Part shown: in pieces, positions 9,628-18,342 of the stretch | Numbering within the stretch: position 1 is the first letter of the stretch | How the letters are laid out: each line of letters starts with the position of its first letter | NCBI GenBank assembly: GCA_035545015.1 | Contig: DASZZD010000059.1 | Span: forward strand, 58,864 to 122,863 | DNA length: 64,000 nt | Reading direction: 5' to 3' | Source of the DNA: Phycisphaerae bacterium | GTDB taxonomy: Bacteria > Planctomycetota > Phycisphaerae > WQYP01 | Notes under the pieces: model-generated | The model's input: only the letters and a program-made list of their open reading frames with translations | Database searches by the model: none | What the model was told of the DNA's origin: nothing | Translations under genes and position numbers: made by a program

Positions 9628-10764
9628 ATGCGACGTGTGCAGTGGGCCTTGGCGGTGGTTGGGATGGCGCTGGCGGCGGGGGCGGTGTTTGCGCGGGGGG
9701 CGAAGCGTGCGCCGGCGGGCGACGACGCGCGTGCGGCGGCGGAGGAGGGGATGGTGAGTTTGAAGGGGCATACGGACGGGATTACGGCGCTGGCGTTTTC
9801 ACCGGATGGGAAGCTGCTGGCGTCGGGGAGCGGGGACCGGACGATCATCATCTGGGACGTGCATTCGGGGAAGCAGTTGCATCGGCTGGAGGGGCATGAG
9901 GCGGCGATCACGTCGCTGAATTTTTCGCCGGATGGGAAGTACCTGGTCTCGAGCGCGGCGGAGTCGACGATCGATTTGTGGAATACCAAGACGTGGCAGA
10001 TCGACAGCTTGTATCAGGATGTGGATCCGGTGCTGACGGTGCGTTTTCTGGGGGCGTCGGACGGGTTCGTGTCGTTTGGGCCGTGGGCGCTGAGCATGTG
10101 GCAGGTGGGGAGCGGGGCGGCCAAGGCGCGGCGGATGTCGCCCGATGCGTTGCTGTCGGCGATGACCATCGCGAACGATGAGATTGTTTACGGGGACCGC
10201 AACGGGAACCTGGCGGTGTGGGATGGGACGGACCAGGATCCGACGGTGATTCATCGGCGGCCGAAGGCCTCGAAGGGTAGGAACTTCGTGGTGGGGTTGG
10301 GGCAGGGACGTGCGGGACATGTGATGGTGACGGATGAGGATGGGTTGTGGGATTGGGATCGGGGGACGGACAAGCTGTCGCTGGTGGCGCAGGATTGGTG
10401 GGGGGATCCGGTGGTGATGGATCATGGCAAATATGTGGCGACGGCCTATGGGGCGCGGTTGTGGCTGTGTGAGCCGGAGCTGAAAGAGGGAACGATGGTG
10501 TTCAAGACGGGATTTCCGGTGCATGCGGTGGCGGTGTCGCCGACGGGAGAGTATTGGGCGTATGGCGGCCGCGGGGAGTGGTCGAGCATGACGGAGTGGC
10601 GTCGGGGGTATGCATCGGAGGTGCGGCTGCTGAAGGTGGGGAATCTGGCGCATGCGTTTGCGTTGGCGGCGGCGCAGGGAGGAGAGGAGGAAGGGACGGG
10701 CGCCGGGCCCGCGCGGATGGTGGGGTGGGACGAGGAGGGGGGAGGGGACGCGGGGACGCCGTGA
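9628..10764 (+). CDS. WD40-repeat protein with signal peptide
   Basis: LKGHTDGITALAFSPDGKLLASGSGDRTIIIWDV and LEGHEAAITSLNFSPDGKYLVSS WD repeats; signal MRRVQWALAVVGMALAAGAVFA from Met at 9628. Confidence 0.75.
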   Translation: MRRVQWALAVVGMALAAGAVFARGAKRAPAGDDARAAAEEGMVSLKGHTDGITALAFSPDGKLLASGSGDRTIIIWDVHSGKQLHRLEGHEAAITSLNFSPDGKYLVSSAAESTIDLWNTKTWQIDSLYQDVDPVLTVRFLGASDGFVSFGPWALSMWQVGSGAAKARRMSPDALLSAMTIANDEIVYGDRNGNLAVWDGTDQDPTVIHRRPKASKGRNFVVGLGQGRAGHVMVTDEDGLWDWDRGTDKLSLVAQDWWGDPVVMDHGKYVATAYGARLWLCEPELKEGTMVFKTGFPVHAVAVSPTGEYWAYGGRGEWSSMTEWRRGYASEVRLLKVGNLAHAFALAAAQGGEEEGTGAGPARMVGWDEEGGGDAGTP

Positions 10765-10822
10765 GGCGACCGGTGAGGAGGTGGCCGGTATAATCGGCGC
10801 GCGTTGTGGTTGAGGAGTTTTC

Positions 10823-11731
10823 ATGCGCGTGCTTGTGACGGGCGGGGCGGGGTTTATCGGGTCGAATCTGGCGAAGCGGCTGGAGCGGGAGGGGCATGGG
10901 GTGACGGTGCTGGATAATTTTTCGTCGGGGAGTTTTGCGAATCTGGTGGATTTCGAGGGGGAGGTGGCGAGCGGGGAACATGGGGCGAATGAGCCATGTA
11001 CGAAGTGCGAGGTGATTTTTCATGAGGCATCGATCACGGACACGACGGTGACGGATCAGTTGCAGATGATGCGGAACAATGTGGAGGGGTTTCGGCATGT
11101 CTTGGGGTGGGCGGCGCGGTGGGGGGCGCGGGTGGTGTGGGCGTCGAGCGCGGCGGTGTATGGGAATCAGCCGGCGCCGAACCGGTTGACGGACAAGCCG
11201 GAGCCGTTGAATGTGTACGGGTATTCCAAGCTGGCGATGGAGCGGCTGGCGAAGCGGTGGGCGTCGGAGCATTCGGACGTGCCGATCATTGGGTTGCGGT
11301 ATTTCAACGTGTATGGTCCCGGGGAGAAGCACAAGGGGAAGTTTGCGAGCATGATTTATCAGTTGGCGCAGCAGATGAAGGGGGGGCATCGGCCACGGAT
11401 TTTCAAGTTTGGGGAGCAGAAGCGGGATTTTGTGTCGATCGAGGATGTGGTGGCGGCGAATCTGCTGGGGATGAAGGCGGATCATCCGCCGCAGGCGGGG
11501 GTATTTAACGTGGGGAGCGGGGCGGCGCATACGTTTAATGAGGTGGTGGCAGGGTTGAACGCGGCGCTGGCGACGGCGTACGAGCCGGAGTACATCGATA
11601 ATCCGTATGCCTTTTTTCAGGTGCATACGGAGGCGGATATCACCGAGACGCGGCGGGTGCTGGGGTATGCTCCGAAGTATACGGATGTGAAGGAGGGGAT
11701 ACGGGCGTATGCGGAGGCGGGGGGGTTGTAG
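10823..11731 (+). CDS. NAD-dependent epimerase/dehydratase (ADP-L-glycero-D-manno-heptose 6-epimerase-like)
   Basis: VLVTGGAGFIGSNL Rossmann motif, YGYSKL catalytic YxxxK, RYFNVYGPGEKHKGKFASMIYQ typical of HldD-type epimerases. Confidence 0.85.
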   Translation: MRVLVTGGAGFIGSNLAKRLEREGHGVTVLDNFSSGSFANLVDFEGEVASGEHGANEPCTKCEVIFHEASITDTTVTDQLQMMRNNVEGFRHVLGWAARWGARVVWASSAAVYGNQPAPNRLTDKPEPLNVYGYSKLAMERLAKRWASEHSDVPIIGLRYFNVYGPGEKHKGKFASMIYQLAQQMKGGHRPRIFKFGEQKRDFVSIEDVVAANLLGMKADHPPQAGVFNVGSGAAHTFNEVVAGLNAALATAYEPEYIDNPYAFFQVHTEADITETRRVLGYAPKYTDVKEGIRAYAEAGGL

Positions 11732-11792
11732 GGAAAAATTGGAAAAATTGGGTCGATGGGTTCAATTGGGGAGGGCGCGGTGTGGAGGTTTG

Positions 11793-12587
11793 ATGGGATT
11801 GGTTGTGCGACAGGGTGTGTGGGTGGCGGTGGTGTTGGTGGTGGGGGGGGGGGCGGTGTTGGGTATGGGGGTGGCGCGGGGGGAGGGTGGGGATGCGGGG
11901 GGGGGGGATGCGGTGAAGGTGTTGGGGGAGCGGTTGGGGGAGATGAAGGATGTGCGGACATTGCATGCGCGGTTTGTCTGTGAGAAGGATTTGGCACTAT
12001 TGGAGACGCCGCTGGTGAGTTCGGGGGAAGTGTGGATTCGGCGGGGCGGGGAGGGGGAGAAGGAGGGCGGCGCGGGCAGCGGGGCGGCGGTGCGATTTTC
12101 GACGGAGAAGCCGTATGTGTCAGAGTTGATTCTGGTGGAGGGGAAGGTGTATGCGCGGTCGCAGCATGAGGAGTCGTGGAGCAAGAGCAATCAATCGTCG
12201 CGGCCGGGGTTGACGGCGGTGATGGGGCAGTTGGGCGGGTGGGCGACCGGGGACGCGGGGAAGGTGTCGCAGATGTACAGCGTGGCGTTGGCGGCGGGGA
12301 AGGAGGCGGAGATACCGGCGGTGCCGAAGGAGGGGGGGGAGTTGCATGTGGAGGCGGGTGGGGGGGGGAAGGGGGTGGATGTGTTCGTGTTGACGCCGAC
12401 GAATGAGGATTTGGCGAAGGCGGTGAAGAAGATCACGTTGGCGGTGGATCGGGGGACGGGGGGGCTGGAGTATATTTCGATAGAGACGGAGCAGGGGGAT
12501 GTGACGCGGTATTGGTTTGGGGATGTGGAGCGGAATGGGGAGTTGCCGAAGGATGTGTTTGAGGCGAAGGAGGGGGAGGCCCGGTGA
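11793..12587 (+). CDS. LolA-like outer-membrane lipoprotein carrier family protein
   Basis: Signal peptide from Met 11793 (MGLVVRQGVWVAVVLVVGGGAVLG); LolA-like beta-barrel pattern (LHARFVCEKDLALLETPLVSSGEVWIRR...ILVEGKVYAR); sits before the MMPL gene. Confidence 0.6.
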   Translation: MGLVVRQGVWVAVVLVVGGGAVLGMGVARGEGGDAGGGDAVKVLGERLGEMKDVRTLHARFVCEKDLALLETPLVSSGEVWIRRGGEGEKEGGAGSGAAVRFSTEKPYVSELILVEGKVYARSQHEESWSKSNQSSRPGLTAVMGQLGGWATGDAGKVSQMYSVALAAGKEAEIPAVPKEGGELHVEAGGGGKGVDVFVLTPTNEDLAKAVKKITLAVDRGTGGLEYISIETEQGDVTRYWFGDVERNGELPKDVFEAKEGEAR

Positions 12588-12647
12588 TGGCGGTAAATGG
12601 CCACGAAAAACACGAAGGGCACGAAAGACGTGGTAATTGCTATGACC

Positions 12648-13241
12648 TCAGGGGGGCGGGGGCAGCGGGGATTGGGGCTGGGTGAGTAAGACGGGGAAGG
12701 CGGCTTCTGCGGGGGAGCGCTTGGTGATGGCTTCGTCGAGGACGCGGCGGAGGGTTTCGAGGTCGATGCCGGGGAGGGCGCCGGTGGGGATGGGGATGAA
12801 GGAGTTGACGGAGACAATCAGGAGGAAGCGGGGCTTGAGGAGGGCGGTGGCGAAGTTGTACCAGGGGGTGGTCTGTGCGTGTTGGGCGTGCTCAATATGA
12901 AGCGTGTCGGCGGTGAGGCGGAGGCGGACGGGGGTGGAGACGGGAATTTCGGAGCGGCAGCGGACGGTGGCGGCGCGGATGAAGCTGATGAGGAGGGGGA
13001 GGAGGGGGGCGGCGAAGAGGGCTGTGCGCAGGAGCATGTCGGGCAGGGGGTCGGGCGCGGCAGTTGTATCCGGAGGGAAGCGGGAGACGAGGATGCTGGC
13101 GGATGTGCCGCCCGCGAACAGTAGGAAGAGGAAGATGTAGAGAACGAGGCCGGTGGTGTTGCCCCAGCGGAAACGGCGGATGATCGATTGGGCTTCGGCG
13201 AGTTCTTCGGGGGAGAGGGTAAATTCGAGGGGGATGTCCAT
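12648..13241 (-). CDS. Hypothetical membrane protein
   Basis: 197-aa ORF with two hydrophobic helices (GLVLYIFLFLLFAGG; LLRTALFAAPLLPLLISFI); no recognisable family. Confidence 0.35.
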   Translation of the reverse strand: MDIPLEFTLSPEELAEAQSIIRRFRWGNTTGLVLYIFLFLLFAGGTSASILVSRFPPDTTAAPDPLPDMLLRTALFAAPLLPLLISFIRAATVRCRSEIPVSTPVRLRLTADTLHIEHAQHAQTTPWYNFATALLKPRFLLIVSVNSFIPIPTGALPGIDLETLRRVLDEAITKRSPAEAAFPVLLTQPQSPLPPPP

Positions 13242-13339
13242 GGGGGCATTCTAGCGACGGGCGGGAGGGGAGGCGGGGGCGGGAGGGGGAGGGTTGGTTT
13301 AGAATGCGGGGGTTGTTTGGCGCGCGTGGTTGATGGAAT

Positions 13340-16300
13340 GTGATGGGCATGGATCGGCGGGTGATGCGGCGTGCGGGGGTGGTGGTGGTGCTGGGGGTGA
13401 TGGGGGCGGTGTTTTCGTGGCTGTCGGCGGGGGTGCGGTGGAATGGGGATGTGCTGGCGTTTTTTTCGTCGGGGTCGGCGGAGGTGGGGAATGTGCGGGC
13501 GGCGGTGGAGGGCGGGGGGAGCGAAGGGCCGGGCGGAGAGTTGCGGATCGATGTGCATGGGGTTGATGGGAAGGCGGCGTCGCGGGCGGCGGTGGAGGCG
13601 GGCGCGCGGGAGTTGGCGGAGCGGTTGCGGGGGACGGGGTTGTTTCGGTGGGTGTGGAGCGGAGTGGACCCGGCGCGGGCGGCGGCGGCGTATGGGGAGC
13701 TGGTGGGGGAGGCGCCGGTGCTGGAAGATGTGGATGCGAAGGGGTTGGAGGGGCGGATGTCGGCGGGGGCGCTCGAGGCGCGGTTCGCGGCGGTGAAGGG
13801 GAAGCTGGCGGATCCGGATGGGGAGCTGTTGCTGCGGCAATTGCAGGGGGACCCCTTGGGACTGGGGAGCGCGGTGGGGGAGCGGCTGAGGGCGCTGGCG
13901 CCGGGTGGTGAGGGAAGTGGCGCGAGTTTGGACGATGGGGTGTTGGCGGCGCGGGATTCAGGCGGGGGGTGGCATGCGATGGTGGTGGCGGAGCCGGTGG
14001 CGGCGGCGTCGGACATGAAGGGGGCGGAGCAGGTGGTGGCGGCGACGGACGCGGCGGTGGCGGGGTTGAAGGGGCAGGGGTTGGCGGGGTGGGTGGTGGG
14101 GGCGCATCGGGGGTATGTGGAGAATGCGCAGCGGGTGAAGCGGGATGTGATGTGGGTGTCGGCGGCGGGCACGGTGGGGGTGGCGTTGCTGATTGCGGGA
14201 TTTTTTCGGCGGGTGCGGGCGGCGGCGTTGTGCATGATTCCGCCGTCGATCGGGGTGGGGATTGCGCTGGGGATAGCGGGGATTTTTCGCGTGGAGTTGC
14301 CGCTGCTGCTGTTGGGGTTTGCGGGGTTGTTGTGCGGGTCGACGACGGATTACGGTATCCAGTTGATCGCGGAGTGCCGGCGGCTGGCGCGGGAGGCGGG
14401 GGGCTGGCGGGAGGAGATTCCATGGCGTGCGGCGCGGCGGATGGTGGGGCCGATCTCGATGTCGGTGGCGACGAGCGTGACGGGGTTTGCGGCGTTGGGG
14501 CTGTCGGAGGCGCCGGGGCTGCGGGCGATGGGGTTGTTCGTGGCGGGGGCGACAGTGTGCATCTGGGTGGTGACGTTTGCGGTGATTCCGGTGTTTCTTG
14601 GGCCGTGGGTGTTGGGTTTCGCAAGCGGGAGGACTTGGCGGGCGCGGCGATGGATTTGGTGGGTGGGTGTGAGCGCGTTCGTGGTGGTGACGGTGGGGGT
14701 GTTTTTGCCGGCGGCGGGGCGGGTGCGGTTCAATGCCGATGCGCGGCGATTGGATGGATCGTCGGCGGCGCTGCTTTCAGACGAGGACAGTTTTTACAAG
14801 GTGTGGGGGGATATTCGGAATCAGGCGGTGGTGCTGGTGAGCGCGCCGACGGCGGCCGGGGCGCTCGAGGCGCAGGAGCGGGTGGCGGATTACCTGGGGG
14901 ATTTGCAGCGGGATGGGCGGATTGCGGGGGTGACGTCGGCGGCGGGGATTTTGCCGGATGAGGCGACGGCAGCGGCGCGCGTGGCGGCGTGGAAAAAATT
15001 CTGGACCCAGGAGCGGCGCGGGGAATTGCGGGACCGGTTGGCGGCGGCGGCGCGGGCGAATGGGTTTGCGCCGGCGGCGTTCGCGGCATATGCGGATCGG
15101 GTGGCGGAGGTGGCGGCGCCGGATGCGGAGCGGGAGTTGAAGGATTCGCCGGCGGCGCTGTTGCCGGGATTTATCAGCAAGGGGGCGGACGGTTCGGTGA
15201 CCTTGGCGATGGTTGTGCGGATGAATCCGGTGGGGGAGGCGGTGGGGGATGTGTCGTTGCGGCTTGCGACGGCGTGGGCGAAGGAGTTGCGGTTGCGGTT
15301 TGAGCAGTTGCCGGGAATAGAGACGCCGCGGATTCTTTCGGGGAACGTGCTGCTGTTTGATGCGACGGATCGGGCGCGGGCGGAGGCGGAGCGTTTTGCG
15401 CCGTGGTGCCTGGTGGCGATTTTGGTGCCGCTGTGGATTTACTACCGGTCGCTGCGTCGGGCGTGGCTGGTGACGGGGTGCCTGGTGGTGGGGTTTGTGT
15501 GGGTGCTGGGGGCGGCGGGGCTGATGGGGGGCGGATTGAATTTGTTGTCGCTGGTGCCGCTGCTGTTCACGCTGGGGGTGGCGGTGGATTATGGCGTGTA
15601 TGCGGCGGCGGGGGCGCGCGGGGATTTTTCGGAGGAGGAGGCGGGGCGGAAACGGCGGGCGACGGCGCTGTGCGCGATGACGACGATTGTGGGGTCGGGG
15701 GCGCTGGTGCTGGCGGGGCATCCGGCGCTGCGGTGGCTGGGGCTGACGCTGGTGGCGGGGATTGCGGGGGGGTATCTGACGGCGTTGTTTGTGGTGGGGC
15801 CGGTGGTGCGGTGGTCGGCGGCGCGCGCGGCGGGGATGCGGCGGTCGGTGGTGCGGCGCGTGGGAGGGTGGGTGTTGACGGCGGGGCTGGCGATGTTGAC
15901 AGTGCTGGTGGCGTTGCCGCCGTTGGTGGAGTGGCGGTTGTCGGCGGAGAGGCCGGCAGTGATCGAGGCGAAGGGGGATGCGCCGTTGCGGCAGATTGGG
16001 AGGCGGCAATTTGCGGTGGGAGATTCGTGGATGCGGTATCGGGCGACCTCCGGCGAGGCGGGGATTTGGGAAATTCGGCTTGCGGGGACGCCGGCGGAGC
16101 GCGGGCGGGCGGTGAGTCTGCTGGCGAGCCCGCTGGATTGCCGGATTGAATCGGAGATGCTGGATCAGTTGGATACACTGCTGCCGGCGGAGTGGTCGCG
16201 GTGGCTGCTGCTGCGGGCGGTAGGGGTGGATTTTGCGAGCTTGCCGGCGTGGATACCGGCGGAGGACCAGCAGGAGTTGTATGCGGCGGCGACCTCTTAT

Positions 16301-17608
16301 GAGGATCCGCATTCGTATCTGGCCCCGACGTATTCGCGGCTGTTGGCGTATCACGCGCTGCATGATGTGTCGCAGATGCTGATCGACAATCCGCTGATCG
16401 TGCCCAACACGTTTGCGTGCACGGGGGTGGTGTCGTTGCCGGGATATACGGGGGGTGGGGGGGGGGATGGGCATCTGCTGCTGGGGCGGGATTTTGATTT
16501 TGAGGGGGGGGAATCGTTCGGGCGGCAGAAGTCGGTGACGCTGGTGATACCGCCGGATGGCGAAGGCATTCCGTATGCGCATGTGGCGTGGCCCGGCTTG
16601 GAGGGCTGCGTGACGGGGATGAACCGGGAGAAGATTGCGTTGTTCATCAACGCGGCGGCGACAAAGGATTTTCGGCGGATCGGGACACCGACGATTCTGA
16701 TGGCGCGCGAGGTGCTCGAGCAGGCGCGGTCCATCGCGGATGCGGAGCGGATCATTCGGGGGACGCAGGTTTTCGTGTCGGACATCCTCGTGGTGGCGGA
16801 TGGAAAGACCGGCCAGGCGCGGGTGTTTGAGAAATCGCCGGGGGCGACGGCGGCTTACGATGTGGACGAATCCGTGGCGGTGACGAATCATCTGGTGACG
16901 CCGACGTTTGCGGATGATCCGGTGAACAAGGGGCGGATCAGCGACAGCACGACGATGCAGCGCTATCAGCGTGCGCGCGAGCTGCTGGATGGGATGAAGG
17001 GGAGCGTGACCCCGGAGAAATTGGCGGGGCTGCTGCGGGACAAGAAGGGCGTGGGGGGGAAGGACCTGGGGTATGGGAATCGCAATGCGATCGACGGGCT
17101 GATCGCGTGTCATTCGGTGATCATGGATGTGACGGCGGGGCGGATGTGGGTGGCGGGCTGGCCGAACGCGGAGGGGGAGTATTTGTGTTTTGATGTGCTG
17201 GGGCTGCTGAGCGGGCGGAGTGTGGCGGCGAGTGCGCCGAAGGGGGAGGGGGAGGATGTCTCGCGGGGGGCGATTCCTGCGGATAGGATACTGACCGATG
17301 GGCCGCCCTCGACCTGGCAGCGGGTGCTGGAGGGGCGGCGCGCCGGGGAGCGTGCGCAGGCGGCTTTTGCGGCAGGGGATTTGCGAGGGGCGCTGGCGGC
17401 GGCGGAGGAAGTGGTGGCGGCGAACCCGGGATTTTACCTGGGGCACGCGCTGCGGGGCCGGGCGCTGTTTGGCCTGGGCCGGTATGAGGAAGCGAAGGCG
17501 GCGTTGGAGCGGGCGCTGGATGCCGATCCGCCGTATGCGGCGCGGCGCAAGGGGCTCGAGGAACTTTTGGAGCAGTGCAAGAAACGGTTACACGACGGTA
17601 AGACATGA
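13340..17608 (+). CDS. MMPL/RND-superfamily exporter fused to a C-terminal peptidase-C45 (acyl-CoA:6-APA acyltransferase-like Ntn hydrolase) domain and TPR repeats
   Basis: Single 1422-aa ORF: two 6-TM bundles with large periplasmic loops (MMPL topology), then NTFACTGVV...LLGRDFDFEGG...GMNREKIALFINAA (C45/Ntn motifs) and C-terminal TPR (GDLRGALAAAEEVVAANPGFYLGHALRGRALFGLGRYEEAKAALERAL). Confidence 0.8.
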   Translation: MMGMDRRVMRRAGVVVVLGVMGAVFSWLSAGVRWNGDVLAFFSSGSAEVGNVRAAVEGGGSEGPGGELRIDVHGVDGKAASRAAVEAGARELAERLRGTGLFRWVWSGVDPARAAAAYGELVGEAPVLEDVDAKGLEGRMSAGALEARFAAVKGKLADPDGELLLRQLQGDPLGLGSAVGERLRALAPGGEGSGASLDDGVLAARDSGGGWHAMVVAEPVAAASDMKGAEQVVAATDAAVAGLKGQGLAGWVVGAHRGYVENAQRVKRDVMWVSAAGTVGVALLIAGFFRRVRAAALCMIPPSIGVGIALGIAGIFRVELPLLLLGFAGLLCGSTTDYGIQLIAECRRLAREAGGWREEIPWRAARRMVGPISMSVATSVTGFAALGLSEAPGLRAMGLFVAGATVCIWVVTFAVIPVFLGPWVLGFASGRTWRARRWIWWVGVSAFVVVTVGVFLPAAGRVRFNADARRLDGSSAALLSDEDSFYKVWGDIRNQAVVLVSAPTAAGALEAQERVADYLGDLQRDGRIAGVTSAAGILPDEATAAARVAAWKKFWTQERRGELRDRLAAAARANGFAPAAFAAYADRVAEVAAPDAERELKDSPAALLPGFISKGADGSVTLAMVVRMNPVGEAVGDVSLRLATAWAKELRLRFEQLPGIETPRILSGNVLLFDATDRARAEAERFAPWCLVAILVPLWIYYRSLRRAWLVTGCLVVGFVWVLGAAGLMGGGLNLLSLVPLLFTLGVAVDYGVYAAAGARGDFSEEEAGRKRRATALCAMTTIVGSGALVLAGHPALRWLGLTLVAGIAGGYLTALFVVGPVVRWSAARAAGMRRSVVRRVGGWVLTAGLAMLTVLVALPPLVEWRLSAERPAVIEAKGDAPLRQIGRRQFAVGDSWMRYRATSGEAGIWEIRLAGTPAERGRAVSLLASPLDCRIESEMLDQLDTLLPAEWSRWLLLRAVGVDFASLPAWIPAEDQQELYAAATSYEDPHSYLAPTYSRLLAYHALHDVSQMLIDNPLIVPNTFACTGVVSLPGYTGGGGGDGHLLLGRDFDFEGGESFGRQKSVTLVIPPDGEGIPYAHVAWPGLEGCVTGMNREKIALFINAAATKDFRRIGTPTILMAREVLEQARSIADAERIIRGTQVFVSDILVVADGKTGQARVFEKSPGATAAYDVDESVAVTNHLVTPTFADDPVNKGRISDSTTMQRYQRARELLDGMKGSVTPEKLAGLLRDKKGVGGKDLGYGNRNAIDGLIACHSVIMDVTAGRMWVAGWPNAEGEYLCFDVLGLLSGRSVAASAPKGEGEDVSRGAIPADRILTDGPPSTWQRVLEGRRAGERAQAAFAAGDLRGALAAAEEVVAANPGFYLGHALRGRALFGLGRYEEAKAALERALDADPPYAARRKGLEELLEQCKKRLHDGKT

Positions 17609-18342
17609 GCAACGATGCGAAGAGATTTGGCCGGGCGATGCTGGTGATGATGTGCGGGGCGGCGGTAACGTGGGGTGGCTGTCAGAGCGCGGGACAGCAG
17701 ACGGTGGGGGTGTCGGCGCCGACGGCGGAGCAGATGCGCGTGAAGGCGGCGCTGGCGCAATGGCCGCCGGAAGCGCCGGCGGGTTCGCTGACGGGCGTGA
17801 AGCGGACGTTTTTTTGCACGATCCGGATTTTGGGGCAACGGACGACGGCATCGGGGGTGCTGAGCTATTACGGGCCGCGGGATTTTCGCATCACGGCGGT
17901 GACGGAGCTGGGGGTGATTTTGTTTGATGCGCGGATGAATTGGGCGGGGGTGACGGTGCTGCGCGAGATGCCGGGGTTGCCGGTATCGAGCGTGGAGGCA
18001 TTGGTGGGGGATTTGTCGGCGGTGTTTCATTTGCCGGAGAATTTGAACGGTTTGTCACCGGCCGGCGGAGATCGGCTCATCCTGAAGCGGACGGAGGCGG
18101 ACACGCACAAGTACACGTGGACGTTTGACGCGGCGAGCGGGCGGCTGAAACAGATCGATGTGGATATGGGGGCGTTCGATACGCTGCACGTGCAGATCAA
18201 GGGCTATGACGGGCGGGGTTGGCCGATGGAACTGGTGATCTCGCGGAAGGCGCGGTTTTACACAGTGAATCTGAGTTTCACGGATGATCCGGTGGTGCGC
18301 CGGGACGGGGGCGCGGGCGGGAGCATGAGGGTGGGACCGTGA
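17605..18342 (+). CDS. Hypothetical lipoprotein
   Basis: Lipobox MLVMMCGAAVTWGGC; ATGA overlap with the MMPL stop and 4-nt overlap with the downstream ligase, so translationally coupled. Confidence 0.6.
   Translation: MSNDAKRFGRAMLVMMCGAAVTWGGCQSAGQQTVGVSAPTAEQMRVKAALAQWPPEAPAGSLTGVKRTFFCTIRILGQRTTASGVLSYYGPRDFRITAVTELGVILFDARMNWAGVTVLREMPGLPVSSVEALVGDLSAVFHLPENLNGLSPAGGDRLILKRTEADTHKYTWTFDAASGRLKQIDVDMGAFDTLHVQIKGYDGRGWPMELVISRKARFYTVNLSFTDDPVVRRDGGAGGSMRVGP

Noticed and set aside
7899-9899. 666-aa Gly/Glu/Val-rich plus-strand ORF
   Set aside because: It is antisense to the signal-peptide-bearing secreted protein gene and the start of the WD40 gene; low-complexity G/E/V composition typical of shadow frames
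12818-14624. Several long Pro/Ala/Ser/Arg-rich minus-strand ORFs (12818..13840, 12892..14235, 13299..14624)
   Set aside because: They are antisense to, or out of frame with, the MMPL gene, with extreme low-complexity composition
14777-17446. 889-aa Arg/Pro/His/Gln-rich minus-strand ORF
   Set aside because: Antisense to the MMPL-C45 gene, which has clear family motifs
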